DNA from: Candidatus Latescibacterota bacterium
Lineage (GTDB): Bacteria > Latescibacterota > UBA2968 > GCA-2709665
Reading direction: 5' to 3'
NCBI GenBank assembly: GCA_965226795.1
Contig: CBDDDZ010000005.1
Coordinates: 1,536,001-1,600,000 of the forward strand
Length of the DNA stretch: 64,000 nt
The position numbers and the translations under genes were made by a program. Below the pieces are notes generated by a model. It was not told the origin of the DNA and did not search any database. It saw only the letters and a program-made list of their open reading frames with translations. Shown here piece by piece: positions 1 to 10,839 of the stretch. Position 1 is the first letter of the stretch, and each line of letters starts with the position of its first letter.

Positions 1-246
1 CGCGTCACTCACATAATCACCCGAGCAAGTAGGCTATGGCAACAGTTCAATACGATGTGCTGAAGTGCCTGCAAAAAGCAGCAAATGTCGAATCTCTGGC
101 GATCCAAGAGGGCCCTTCGGTCAAAGAGATGGCCGACCTCCTCCATCTGGATACGGATCAGATCCGCGGCGCGATCGGGGGCTCCGGGCAAAAGGATATG
201 ACATCCGAAACCATCCCCGGCGCAGCGGCCATTTTGTATTATTTGG

Positions 247-642
247 CTATCCGTGATCTCCGGATCCCAACTCAACGTGGATGCTGAACCAGGTGAAAGA
301 CTGACCGCGAGCGTTGAGTTCTAAAGATTTCATTTCGCCCGCTGCCAGGTCGACACGAGGGGTGGGCCCGAGTTCGACGCCGTTCGACAGATGGATCTCA
401 ACCCGGACCTGGGAGACTTTGGCGTTTGTGGTATTCCTGACCGTGCCGGCGAACACCTTACGGTCACTGTCATATCTGGCGACCAGTTCGACGCCGCTGC
501 GAACCTCTTTGGCGGTCTCTGAGATATTATACCTCTTGCCTGATTCGCCCGCCTCGGCGGGTTCCGTAGGACCTGCCGAACATGCACCAACTGCAACGAC
601 GAACACTGCCACAGCATAACAGCAAAAAGCCTGAATCGACAT
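247..642 (-). CDS. Putative lipoprotein, FxLYD-like Ig domain
   Basis: Hydrophobic signal ending in a lipobox-like VGAC; GTVRNTTNAKVSQVRVEIHL...DLAAGE resembles the FxLYD domain. Confidence 0.65.
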   Translation of the reverse strand: MSIQAFCCYAVAVFVVAVGACSAGPTEPAEAGESGKRYNISETAKEVRSGVELVARYDSDRKVFAGTVRNTTNAKVSQVRVEIHLSNGVELGPTPRVDLAAGEMKSLELNARGQSFTWFSIHVELGSGDHG

Positions 643-767
643 CTGAAACTCCTTCCTCCTTACGTTTGAGATAACTGCGCAGATTCACACATTCTCAACG
701 TCCCTGACGGTCAAAGGTTGCCGCCTTTTAGCTTAATTGATAGTTCCCCTTTCAAAGGGCTGATACG

Positions 768-3700
768 ATGTCTTTGCCCGAATTCTCAACAAAATACCCG
801 GTGACGGTTGCCATGGCCACACTGGCGGTAGCGCTCCTGGGTTGGATCTCACTGGAACGGCTGGACGTAGACCTGTTGCCCGACCTGCATTCTCCCGTGA
901 TTACGGTCGACCTGCGTTTTCCGGGCAAGACTCCAAGGGAGATGGAAGAGCGTTATGCGCAGCGTCTCGAAGGGGATATCGGTACCGTTCGCCACGTCAA
1001 ACGGGTACATTCAGTGTCCCGCTCCGGTCAAGCCGTGGTGATCGCGGAATTTGAATGGGATGCGGATATGGATTTCGCCTTGCTCGACGTGCAAAAGAAA
1101 GTGGGGCGGTACGCAGCGGATCCCGATATCACGAGTCTGGACGTTACGCAGGAAGACCCTCAGGCGCTGCCGGTGATGCGCCTGGCCGTGTCCGGAGCGG
1201 ATTGGCAGGATCCGGACGAACTGCTGGGCAGTGTGGAAACGATAATCAGGCCGAAACTTGAAGGGTTCTCCGGGGTGGCTTCAGTAGAAATCGAAGGAGG
1301 GGCGGAAAAGGAGATCCATGTTACGCTGGATTCCTATCTTCTGCAAGCCTTTGGCGTCAATTCCGAGACGGTCGTCTCGCGAATTCGGGAGGCGAATTCG
1401 GATGTCTCCGGAGGGACGTTGAAGGACGGGCAACGATCCTATCTGGTCAAGGGTATGGGACGTCTGAACGATTTGAAGGACGTGAACAACCTGGTTGTCG
1501 GTGAGAGCAGAGGCGGAACCGCGAACGGCCAGGAAGATGCACCGGCCGAGCGGGTGCCCGTCATGGTTGGCGATGTGGGTACCGTGGCACTCCGATATAA
1601 GGAGAGGGAGACAATCGTGCGCCTAGACGGTGTGGAGTGCGTCGGTCTTTCAATCTATAAAGAAGCGGGCGCGAATACTTCGTCGGTGGTCAACGGGGTT
1701 CTTCAAGAACTGGGAAGTCTGGAGGCCGACCTGGCGGGCATTCGCTTTACAGTGGTGGAGAACCAGGCGCGCTTTGTGGAAAGCGCGGTAAACGAAGTGG
1801 AAGAGGCGGCCATTCTCGGCGCGTTGCTGGCCGTGGGCGTGCTGTTGGCTGTGCTCCGGCAGTGGACAGCCACACTGGTGATCGGTCTTGCCATTCCGAT
1901 TTCCGTGCTGGCCACCTTCACGCTGATGTATTTCCAGGGGTTGACGTTGAATGTGATGACCCTGGGCGGGTTGGCGCTGGGCGCCGGCATGTTGGTTGAC
2001 AACGCGATTGTCGTGATCGAAAACATCTACCGGCACCTGGAACGGGGAGAAACAGCCGCCGAAGCCTCCGTTAAAGGTGCGAGCGAGGTCGGGGTCGCCA
2101 TTCTGGCTTCCACGCTCACTACGGTGTCGGTGTTTCTGCCGATCGTCTATCTTCATGGGCTGGCCGGCGAACTCTTCAAGGAGCAGGCTTGGACGGTAGC
2201 GTTTTCGCTGATTTCGTCTCTTGTGGTGGCCATGACCATCGTCCCGATGTTGACCGCCCGGCTCTTTGGCCGGTATCGTCGCCGATCCGCGAGAGTCGCC
2301 GGGTCGGTCGCGTTCAACCGCTTTCTGAGTGGATCACTCAACTACAAGGGCCGTACGATGGCAGTGCTTTTCGCGTGTCTTCTGGCCGCCTTCTACATGG
2401 CCCGGTCCATCCATACTTCCTTTATCCCCAGGGAAGACGAGGGTGTACTTCACGTGGACCTCGCGTTGCCGGAGGGCACAAGGCTCGAGTCAACGGACAG
2501 GGTGGCGAGACGCGTTGCCGCAATCACACAGGCAGTCGCCGGACAGGAAGCCCGGCACATCTACCTTCGCGTGGGAAACGATCCTAACCGGCTGACGGCA
2601 GTGGGAGAACCCACCGGCCCGAACAGGGCGGAGTTGACGGTGGTGCTGACGCAGCGAACGGACCGGCGCAGTGTCTCCGAACTCACCGCCGCGCTGGATA
2701 CCGCCATTCGCGAGGTGCCGGATATTAAGGCTAACTATCGACTTCAAAAGGCTGCATTAGAAGGAATTATCCGAGGAAATGCTGCGCCGGTTCAGGTCGA
2801 GGTCAGCGGAGAGAACCTGGAATTACTCCGGGAACTGACGGCAGATCTGAAACGGCGCATGGAAGCGTTACCCACAGTGTATAACGTGCGAACCAGCTTC
2901 CAGGATGGTCAGCCCGAAGTGGACGTGGTGTTGCGGCCGGATATCACGGCGGCGTTTGGCCTTACCTCACAGAACCTCGTGCGCGAACTCGAGCGCAGGC
3001 TGGCAGGCGAGGAAGCCGGGGAACTCTCCAAAGACCAGCGTGCGCGAACCATCCGGGTGCGTTTCGAAGATGTGGATTTTCGCGAGTTGAAACACACCAG
3101 AATTGACGGCCCCGACGGGGCAATGCTCACGCTGGGAGATCTCGCCGACTTGAGGGTGGTCCAGGGGCCGCGGGAGATATTGCGCGACGGGCAGCGTCGG
3201 GTGGGCAGGGTATCCGCTTATCTGACCGAAGGTGTGGTGCTGGGCCAGGCGGCAACGCAGATCAGACAGGCGGTGGGACAGATGGCCATTCCACACGGAT
3301 ATCGGGTGACCGTTACAGGCGAGGAACGGGAACGGGCCGAGTCATTTGGCGGCCTTCAATTCGCCCTCATACTGTCGGTTGTGCTCGTCTATATGGTAAT
3401 GGCATCGCTTTTCGAGTCCTTGCTCCATCCGTTTACGGTAATGCTTTCGGTGCCGCTGGCCGGCATTGGCGTGGTGTTCGCATTCTGGAGCCTTGGAGAG
3501 GCGTTTGGCATTATGGCATTTATCGGGGTGATCATGCTGGGCGGAATCGCCGTGAACGACGCCATCATTCTGGTGGATCGCATCAACCAGTTGCGGCACG
3601 ATACGGGCGACTTGAGACAGGCGGTTCTTCAGGGGGCACAGGATAGGCTGCGGCCGATCCTGATGACCAGCGCCACAACCATCCTTGCACTGTTGCCCAT

Positions 3701-3851
3701 GGCGGTGGGGGTCGGCGAGGGCGCCCGTTTACGGGCACCGATGGCTGTGGCGGTTATCGGCGGGTTGGTGACCTCCACACTGATGACTCTGGTGGTGATT
3801 CCCGTCGTTTACGAATTGATCGAACGGCTTAGAATCAGGAGGGCGTCGTGA
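768..3851 (+). CDS. RND efflux transporter permease (AcrB/AcrD/AcrF family)
   Basis: 1027 aa; GMLVDNAIVVIENI, GIAVNDAIILVD and RLRPILMTSATT RND motifs. Confidence 0.95.
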   Translation: MSLPEFSTKYPVTVAMATLAVALLGWISLERLDVDLLPDLHSPVITVDLRFPGKTPREMEERYAQRLEGDIGTVRHVKRVHSVSRSGQAVVIAEFEWDADMDFALLDVQKKVGRYAADPDITSLDVTQEDPQALPVMRLAVSGADWQDPDELLGSVETIIRPKLEGFSGVASVEIEGGAEKEIHVTLDSYLLQAFGVNSETVVSRIREANSDVSGGTLKDGQRSYLVKGMGRLNDLKDVNNLVVGESRGGTANGQEDAPAERVPVMVGDVGTVALRYKERETIVRLDGVECVGLSIYKEAGANTSSVVNGVLQELGSLEADLAGIRFTVVENQARFVESAVNEVEEAAILGALLAVGVLLAVLRQWTATLVIGLAIPISVLATFTLMYFQGLTLNVMTLGGLALGAGMLVDNAIVVIENIYRHLERGETAAEASVKGASEVGVAILASTLTTVSVFLPIVYLHGLAGELFKEQAWTVAFSLISSLVVAMTIVPMLTARLFGRYRRRSARVAGSVAFNRFLSGSLNYKGRTMAVLFACLLAAFYMARSIHTSFIPREDEGVLHVDLALPEGTRLESTDRVARRVAAITQAVAGQEARHIYLRVGNDPNRLTAVGEPTGPNRAELTVVLTQRTDRRSVSELTAALDTAIREVPDIKANYRLQKAALEGIIRGNAAPVQVEVSGENLELLRELTADLKRRMEALPTVYNVRTSFQDGQPEVDVVLRPDITAAFGLTSQNLVRELERRLAGEEAGELSKDQRARTIRVRFEDVDFRELKHTRIDGPDGAMLTLGDLADLRVVQGPREILRDGQRRVGRVSAYLTEGVVLGQAATQIRQAVGQMAIPHGYRVTVTGEERERAESFGGLQFALILSVVLVYMVMASLFESLLHPFTVMLSVPLAGIGVVFAFWSLGEAFGIMAFIGVIMLGGIAVNDAIILVDRINQLRHDTGDLRQAVLQGAQDRLRPILMTSATTILALLPMAVGVGEGARLRAPMAVAVIGGLVTSTLMTLVVIPVVYELIERLRIRRAS

Positions 3852-6800
3852 TTCTCCCCGACCTTGCGGTCAGGCGGCCGGTGACGACGTCCATGTTCTT
3901 CGCTGCATTCGCCATATTGGGCGTCGTGTCGTGGACCCGGCTTCCGGTACAGCTCTTTCCGGAGCTGATTTTCCCGGAAGTTTTCGTCACACTCTCGCTG
4001 CAGGGTGCCTCTCCGGAACAGATCGAAAGGGATCTGGTAATTCCCGCCGAAGGGGAGATCGGCAAGCTGGACGGGGTCCAGGAGATGGAGTCATTCGCTA
4101 TGGCCAATAGGGGTGGTATCAGAATAGCCTATGCTCCGGACGTGGATATGAAATTCGCCCTGCTTCAGCTACAAAGCAACCTGAACAGATTGCAGCCAAC
4201 GCTGCCCGAACGTACGCAAACCGATGTACGAAGATTCGATTCGGCAGATCTGAGCAGCAGCATCATGGAACTCCACGTGCTTGCCGATTGGGATCTGAAC
4301 CAGCTCCGGGAGTTCACGGAGGAAAACATCCGCCCCGAATTGGAGTCTGTCGACGGTGTTGTGGATGTATCGGTTATGGGTGGGCGGCGCAGCGCCGTGG
4401 AAATCGTTCTGGATCCGTTTCTGCTGGAAGCGCACGGCCTTTCGACCGGAGAGGTACGAGGACGCCTGAATAGTTATAATCAGCGACGGGAGTATCTGGG
4501 CCGCGTATACGACGGGAATCGGGCCTACTCGGTGAGCATTCAGGGACAGTTTACGGACCTGCGACAGATTCGGAATCTGGTGTTAAACGCGGAGGGCACA
4601 CTCCGACTGGGCGACGTTTCGCGGGTGGGATACGGACTTCAGGAACAGGCCGACCGCCACCGAGTCAATGGCAAACCTTCGGTGGGGGTGCGAATCCAGA
4701 AGGACGACGAAGCGAACCTGATCGAAGTGGCCACCGCGGTAGAAGCGGCCATTGGACAGCTGAATCGCAATTTCAAGAGCGACGGCGTGGAACTGGGCGT
4801 GAGTTCGTCTCAGGCGGATCTGATGACCGGGGCGCTTTCGACCCTGAAACAGGCGGCCATAATTGGTGCTGTCCTCGGCATGATCGTGCTCTTTCTGTTT
4901 CTTCGGAACCTTCGTTTTGTCTCGGTCCTCCTGCTCGCCATTCCGGTTTCTCTCCTGATGACCTTCAATCTGATGTACCTGGGAGGGTTATCCGTCAACG
5001 TGCTGTCTCTTTGCGGCCTGGCCCTCGCAATGGGAATGCTTGCGGACAACGGCATTGTGGTGATGGAGAATATCTTCAAGCATTACGAGCGTGGAAAATC
5101 GCCCGCCCAGGCGGCGCGGGACGGGGCGGCCGAGGTTGGTCGTGCGGTGGTCGCGGCAACCGCAACCACGGTAACGGCTTTCTTGCCCGTTCTATTTATC
5201 GAAAGCGACGCGCGGGATCTGCTGCGTGAGCTCGCATTGTCCATGGCGTTTCCGCTAATGGCCTCACTGCTGGTAGCGCTGACGCTCGTTCCTGCCCTTG
5301 CCGTCCGGGCGTTGAGCCGCGAGGTCCGACAACCGCCTGACGTCCGCGGCTTGCTGGAACAGTATACACTACTGTTGAAGGCCGCTCTACGGCATCGCGC
5401 ATCGGTTGCCCTGACCGTAGGGTGCGCCCTCGTGCTGACACTCGTCGTGGCCTTCTTCTATCTGCTCCAGCAACAGGTGCGGAGAGAGGAGACGCGATTT
5501 ACGGTTTACGTGAACCTGCCGGACGGGGCCACGCTGGATGCCACCGACGAGGTCGTGAAGCAGGTGGAAGAATCTGTGCGGGACGTGCCCGGCCTGGATC
5601 GGTTTACGACGTCGGTGCAGGAGGCCGAAGCCAATGTTACTGTCCTGTTGAGAAAGCGTTCTGACCGGCCCGGCGACATCTCGCTGGATGAAATAAAGGA
5701 ACAACTCGACGAAAAAATGCAGAACGTGCAGGGAGGTGTGGTAGGATACGAACCCAGGCCTCGGGCGGGAAGGGGCGGGCGCGGGCAGGGGATAGGACAG
5801 CGTCGGAGGCGCAGCTCCGGCGGATTCGATCTGACAGGGGCAACGCCGAACGAGCAGGCCGTGGTTCGAGGTTACGATTTTACGATACTGACGATGATTG
5901 CCAACGACTTGGTGTACCGCCTTGAGGAACTCGAAGAGGTGGATGCCAACAGCGTACGCGCTGACGCCGAACGGAGTTCGCCTGAGGTTCAGGTGATTCC
6001 CGATGCGGCGTCCCTGTTCGACCGGCGGCTTGGGGCGAGGGAGGTCCTGGCCGCCCTGGGAGACACGCGTTGGGACGGATTCCGCTCCACCGTACCGTTT
6101 CTGCTGCCCGACGCAACCGAGATACCTATCGAAGTGCGGACGTTTGAAGAGGAGGACCGGGACCGTTACGGGCTGGCTGAATTAAAACGCTCCCGTGTTC
6201 TCAACCAGGACGGTCAGTACGTGTCTCTGGACGAAGTTGCGCGGGTTCGAACGGACGAGGGCAGGAGCAGCCTGTTGAGGACCGACCAGGCCCGCCGGAT
6301 CGTGGTTTCCTACCGGTTTCCGTCGGAAATTCTGGATTCACAACCGCGGTTGGATATTGCGAGACGGGTCGTGAGGACGACACTGCAGGATATGGTGCTG
6401 CCGGAGGGCTATTCGATTGAAAACATTGAGGCGCACGAGGAGACGATTTACTATTGGATGATCGGAATTGCCGCGGTGCTCATCTACATGATTCTGGCCT
6501 CGCTGTTTGAATCTTTCGCCTCTCCGATAATCATTCTATGTACGCTGCCGCCTGCGGCCATCGGCTCGTGTTGGGCGCTGATGATGTCGGGCACGGGCCT
6601 GAGCCAGCAGGAAGGGCCCATGGCGCTGCTGGGCTTTGTTGTCCTTTTGGGTATTGCCGTGAATAACGGGATTATCCTGATAGATGCGGTCGGCGTGCTC
6701 AGGTCCCGATTCGGATTTCGCCGGGAACGCGCAGTTTTGACGGCGGCAAGGTCCCGTGTGCGACCCATATTGATGACGACGGCCACAACGCTTCTGGGTG

Positions 6801-8560
6801 TTCTTCCGCTCGCGCTGGAATTCGGTGGTGATTTCGAAATCTGGCCGCCGTTCGCAATTACCGTTCTCGGTGGATTGTCTGTTTCCATGGTGTCCACATT
6901 GATCCTGATTCCGGTGGTTTACATGGGGCTGGATCAGATCGGAACATGGCTGGCTGACCTGGGCATTGTCGGCGTCGTGCTCTCCCTGCTGGCTACCGTA
7001 GCGGCTGGCTATGGTGTATATACCCGGTATGAAAGTGTTTTCTGGGCCGCGCTGTCGATATTGCCCATCTGGGGCGGGTTCTTGACTGCGGTGTGGATCG
7101 TACTGAAGGTCCATCGCGCTCGGGTCGCCGTCCGCCGCGCGTCGAGCGCCGTATTTTCCATTCAGCTGAGGAACCTGACCAAAATCTACGGCGCATCCGG
7201 GAGTTTTGGCCGGGAATGGGCGCGCAACGAACGTCGGAAAGGGCGGTTGATGAAAACAGGGCTGGATCCGCAGGACCGCAAGCCGGTTCGTGATGCGCTC
7301 TTATGGAAGCTGCCGTTGCTCGCACTGCTGATGTTTTTCACGACCTATTTCGAGGACGAAATCTGGATCTATCTGCACGGATTGGCACTGGCATTTATGC
7401 TTGGCCACATGGGTCGATGTTTCGGCGACCTCTGGCGGGAACATCTGTCGTCGCCGGCCGAACGTATCGGAGAAATTCTGTACAAAGTCGTTTTGCCACT
7501 GGGATTTATGGCTTATGTGCACTTGCAGCTGAATTTGCTTTCCGTCACCATTGCTACTTTCGGCTTGTGGGCCGCCTATCGACTGGCACGATGGCTCGCC
7601 GACAGGGTGCGAGCGGGCGTGGTAACCCCCGATGAACTATTCGGACGTTTTGTACGGGCGCGTAGATGGTTTTATCGGATGGCATCGGCCATACCCCTCG
7701 TCGGTGTTCCCCAGCCTGAATTTCGGGCGCTGGCGGGCGTCAACCTGGAAATCGGCAGAGGAATGTTCGGTCTTCTGGGACCCAATGGCGCCGGTAAGAC
7801 CACGTTGATGCGTATTCTTTGTCGGGTCCTCGAGCCCAGCTACGGGTCGATCCTTTTCGACGGTCGAAACATCCTGCGGAAAGGTTCGATCCACGGCCTG
7901 ATCGGGTATCTTCCGCAGCACTTCGGCAACTACGGACACCTCTCCGCGCACGAATTCCTGGAATACCGGGCGCTGCTCGAAGGCTTTAAGGACCGTAAGA
8001 CTCGCGAGTCACGGGTGATCGAATCCCTGGAACAGGTAAATCTGATCGAACGCATGGAAGATCCCATCGGGTCGTTCTCAGGGGGAATGAAGCAGCGCCT
8101 TGGTATCGCGCAGACCCTGCTGCACACCCCGCAAGTCGTGGTTGTGGATGAGCCCACAGCAGGGCTCGATCCACTGGAGCGTATCCGGTTTCGTAATCTG
8201 CTCGCCCGGTTGAGCCAGGATCGGATCGTCATTTTCTCCACGCACATCGTGGAAGATATCTCTGGAAGCTGCAATCGACTGGCGGTACTGGATCAGGGGC
8301 GTCTTCTTTATACCGGAACGCCGGGGGAGATGAGAAATCAGGCGGAGGGACGGGTGTGGGATGCGATGGTTTCGGAACAGCGCTTTTCCGAGTTGGAAGA
8401 AAAACTGAAGCTCGTATCGCACCAGCGGACGTCAGACGGGGTCAAAATGCGATTCCTGTCTGAACGTCCACCGGTTGGGTTCGGCGCACAAAGCGTGGAT
8501 CCAACCCTGGAAGACGCGTATCTGTACCTACTCGGTGCAGGAAAGGACAAGACGTGCTGA
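3848..8560 (+). CDS. RND permease fused to a C-terminal ABC ATPase (1570 aa)
   Basis: RND motifs (GMLADNGIVVMENI, RVRPILMTTATT), then Walker A GPNGAGKTT, signature FSGGMKQR, Walker B VVVVDEP and H-loop STH; start overlaps the upstream stop. Confidence 0.92.
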   Translation: MILPDLAVRRPVTTSMFFAAFAILGVVSWTRLPVQLFPELIFPEVFVTLSLQGASPEQIERDLVIPAEGEIGKLDGVQEMESFAMANRGGIRIAYAPDVDMKFALLQLQSNLNRLQPTLPERTQTDVRRFDSADLSSSIMELHVLADWDLNQLREFTEENIRPELESVDGVVDVSVMGGRRSAVEIVLDPFLLEAHGLSTGEVRGRLNSYNQRREYLGRVYDGNRAYSVSIQGQFTDLRQIRNLVLNAEGTLRLGDVSRVGYGLQEQADRHRVNGKPSVGVRIQKDDEANLIEVATAVEAAIGQLNRNFKSDGVELGVSSSQADLMTGALSTLKQAAIIGAVLGMIVLFLFLRNLRFVSVLLLAIPVSLLMTFNLMYLGGLSVNVLSLCGLALAMGMLADNGIVVMENIFKHYERGKSPAQAARDGAAEVGRAVVAATATTVTAFLPVLFIESDARDLLRELALSMAFPLMASLLVALTLVPALAVRALSREVRQPPDVRGLLEQYTLLLKAALRHRASVALTVGCALVLTLVVAFFYLLQQQVRREETRFTVYVNLPDGATLDATDEVVKQVEESVRDVPGLDRFTTSVQEAEANVTVLLRKRSDRPGDISLDEIKEQLDEKMQNVQGGVVGYEPRPRAGRGGRGQGIGQRRRRSSGGFDLTGATPNEQAVVRGYDFTILTMIANDLVYRLEELEEVDANSVRADAERSSPEVQVIPDAASLFDRRLGAREVLAALGDTRWDGFRSTVPFLLPDATEIPIEVRTFEEEDRDRYGLAELKRSRVLNQDGQYVSLDEVARVRTDEGRSSLLRTDQARRIVVSYRFPSEILDSQPRLDIARRVVRTTLQDMVLPEGYSIENIEAHEETIYYWMIGIAAVLIYMILASLFESFASPIIILCTLPPAAIGSCWALMMSGTGLSQQEGPMALLGFVVLLGIAVNNGIILIDAVGVLRSRFGFRRERAVLTAARSRVRPILMTTATTLLGVLPLALEFGGDFEIWPPFAITVLGGLSVSMVSTLILIPVVYMGLDQIGTWLADLGIVGVVLSLLATVAAGYGVYTRYESVFWAALSILPIWGGFLTAVWIVLKVHRARVAVRRASSAVFSIQLRNLTKIYGASGSFGREWARNERRKGRLMKTGLDPQDRKPVRDALLWKLPLLALLMFFTTYFEDEIWIYLHGLALAFMLGHMGRCFGDLWREHLSSPAERIGEILYKVVLPLGFMAYVHLQLNLLSVTIATFGLWAAYRLARWLADRVRAGVVTPDELFGRFVRARRWFYRMASAIPLVGVPQPEFRALAGVNLEIGRGMFGLLGPNGAGKTTLMRILCRVLEPSYGSILFDGRNILRKGSIHGLIGYLPQHFGNYGHLSAHEFLEYRALLEGFKDRKTRESRVIESLEQVNLIERMEDPIGSFSGGMKQRLGIAQTLLHTPQVVVVDEPTAGLDPLERIRFRNLLARLSQDRIVIFSTHIVEDISGSCNRLAVLDQGRLLYTGTPGEMRNQAEGRVWDAMVSEQRFSELEEKLKLVSHQRTSDGVKMRFLSERPPVGFGAQSVDPTLEDAYLYLLGAGKDKTC

Positions 8561-9276
8561 ACTGGCGGGAATTGCTGCTGGCCACGTGGCGGCTCTATCG
8601 GCTTAGCTGCAGGATCATATTTCATAGGAAATTGATGTTCATGGCCATTGGCGTTTTTGCATATTACGCAGCCATGTATGCATTTGCAGTCTGGCGCCCC
8701 GACGAAGGATTCGGCGTATCGCGGGCGCTCAATGTTCTGGTTGAAATTCCTGGTATCGCACTGGCCATTTATCTGACGATGGATCTCGTTGCAGCCGAAC
8801 GAGATAGAAATACACTGGAGACGTTGTTCAGTACAGCCTCATCCCACTATAAGATATGGGCGATCCGGATGGTCGGGGTTTATGTGGTGTTGGCGGGAAC
8901 CCTGATGGGAATGACGGTTGTCGCCTATTTTGTTTTCGCGGAATTGCCGGTCTTCAGGGGTGGGCTGAATGCCATTCTGCCGGCGTGTTTTGCCGCAGGC
9001 CTCACTTTTTATTTTTCCGTTCTCTGTCGAAGCGGAAATGCGGCCGCGATGCTCGCTACGGGAGTGATGGGCCTGACTCTGTTCATCTCGGAATCCATGC
9101 CCGACTCACCCTTCGCGCTTTTTCTGAGTACGTTTGATCCCCCGGTGGGAATGGAAGACACCCTGTGGGGCGACCAGGTGCTTCTGAATCGCCTGGCTGT
9201 ACTATTGCTGTCGGGCCTGCTGCTTTTTATGGGCCTCCGCAAGATGGAAGCCAGGGAGCGATTGGTATCTTCGTAG
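8554..9276 (+). CDS. ABC-2-type membrane permease
   Basis: 240 aa, about 6 hydrophobic segments, AAERDRNTLETLFST motif typical of ABC-2 permeases; overlaps the end of the fused ATPase gene. Confidence 0.8.
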   Translation: MLNWRELLLATWRLYRLSCRIIFHRKLMFMAIGVFAYYAAMYAFAVWRPDEGFGVSRALNVLVEIPGIALAIYLTMDLVAAERDRNTLETLFSTASSHYKIWAIRMVGVYVVLAGTLMGMTVVAYFVFAELPVFRGGLNAILPACFAAGLTFYFSVLCRSGNAAAMLATGVMGLTLFISESMPDSPFALFLSTFDPPVGMEDTLWGDQVLLNRLAVLLLSGLLLFMGLRKMEARERLVSS

Positions 9277-9381
9277 CGGTGTGTGATCCCGCTCCGGATG
9301 AACCCATTGCGCTCCTCTTCAGGTTGGACACCTCACCAACAAGGGGTGCGAGATTCCGGCCGGAATTCTCGCCCGCCCATC

Positions 9382-10524
9382 CTATTCTTTGCGAACATCC
9401 AGCCGGATCTTACGGGGTTCTACGTTTACGACCGTGAGGTCCGTCCCGTGTTTTATCGACTCGACGCCGACCTCGAAGGTTCTTCGTCCGAACCTGACGT
9501 AGGCCGCATCGATCGCGAGTCGAAAGTCGTTCACAGGCGCCAGCAGAAGGGCGCGTCGCGGCCCCTTCACGGTTACGTTTGCAACGCCCGGTCTGACGCC
9601 CTCCAGTTTATAGCCACGTGGTAGATTCTCCACTTCGACCTCCACCTCGTACGTTGTTTCCTGGACCGCCGCACCCGGTACCAAAAACACCCATGCGCCG
9701 AACGCCAGCGCGAAGGAGAGCAGCCCTTCAGCGAAATGCCTCGCCAGCCAGCCCCGACCGGTCCTCGGCGCGCTGGCGATCACGTGCTGCGCATGCTCCT
9801 GTAGCCTGGCGAGCAGTTCGTCTGGATCGTCTATAATCTCCAGTCGACCCTGCCGCGCGACCGCGATGGTGCCGCGCTCCTCGGAGACCACAAGGCACAG
9901 GGCGTCGCTACGCTCGGCCAGCCCCAGTGCCGCAGCGTGGCGTGTGCCGCCCGGCCCGAGTTCTCCTCGGTTGTCCGAAAGCGGCAGATATACGGCGAAT
10001 CGTTCCAGCCTGTTTTCCCTCATAACCAGAGCCCCGTCGTGGCCGGCCGACGTCGTGGCGAACAGGCTGTCGATAAGTTCCTCGCTGATGGTCGCCTGCA
10101 GTACGATTCCGCCTTGCAGAAGCCGATCCAGCGGCTCGCGTCCGGGCAGAACCACCAGGGCGCCCCGCCGCTTTTCCGCCAACTGATGCATCGCCCGGAC
10201 CAGCACCGCCAGACTCCCGCCGCGGGGTCCCGATACCCTTCTGCCCAGGCCGAGTGCGGCAATCCGCTCAAAAAGGCGTCGGAGGTCGTCCTGAAAGACA
10301 ACAACAAGCAGCACAACCAGGACCGCAAAAAATCCCTGGAAGATCCACGCCGTCAGTTGCAGTTCGAATTGCCGCGCCAGCAGATAGAAGGCGCCCAGAA
10401 AGGCCAGCCCGATGAGCGCCATTCGGGCGTGCATCTTCCGAGTCCAGGCCAACAGGCCCCAGAACAGAACACTCACGACCGCTATGTCCACAAAATCGGT
10501 AAATGCAATCTCGAGTAGCGTCAT
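9382..10524 (-). CDS. cdaA: Diadenylate cyclase (CdaA/DacA) with C-terminal YbbR-like domain
   Basis: 3 N-terminal TM helices, HDGA and GTRHAAA DAC motifs, VVSEERG; extra TM plus YbbR-like tail; start inferred at MTLLEI (10524). Confidence 0.85.
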   Translation of the reverse strand: MTLLEIAFTDFVDIAVVSVLFWGLLAWTRKMHARMALIGLAFLGAFYLLARQFELQLTAWIFQGFFAVLVVLLVVVFQDDLRRLFERIAALGLGRRVSGPRGGSLAVLVRAMHQLAEKRRGALVVLPGREPLDRLLQGGIVLQATISEELIDSLFATTSAGHDGALVMRENRLERFAVYLPLSDNRGELGPGGTRHAAALGLAERSDALCLVVSEERGTIAVARQGRLEIIDDPDELLARLQEHAQHVIASAPRTGRGWLARHFAEGLLSFALAFGAWVFLVPGAAVQETTYEVEVEVENLPRGYKLEGVRPGVANVTVKGPRRALLLAPVNDFRLAIDAAYVRFGRRTFEVGVESIKHGTDLTVVNVEPRKIRLDVRKE

Positions 10525-10738
10525 ATCCGTAGGTTTCCCGGCTGCCGGATTCAGTTGTTGGAGGGGGCGAGCGTGCCCAACGATGCGGGTATGCCTGCAG
10601 ACCCGAAATATGGGCAATCTTTCACATTTCGTCAAGACCGCACCGGATCATCCCCGCCGGGCCGGTGAACGCCGATCGGGGTCCCGGGCGGCCGGATTAA
10701 AGACCCTCTAGGGCGGTTCCGCGGATCTCGTCTTTCGT

Positions 10739-10767
10739 TTGGCCAGTCCTGGGAAAATGCCTATATT
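10739..10767 (+). promoter_or_regulatory. Possible sigma70 promoter for the TPR/lyase operon
   Basis: TTGGCC-17 bp-TATATT upstream of the 10840 start. Confidence 0.35.
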
Positions 10768-10839
10768 TAATATCATTCAGGGACAACCGTAAATGGACAT
10801 CTGTTTATCTGACGCTGTTTTTGGACGGAGGAGAGCGAT

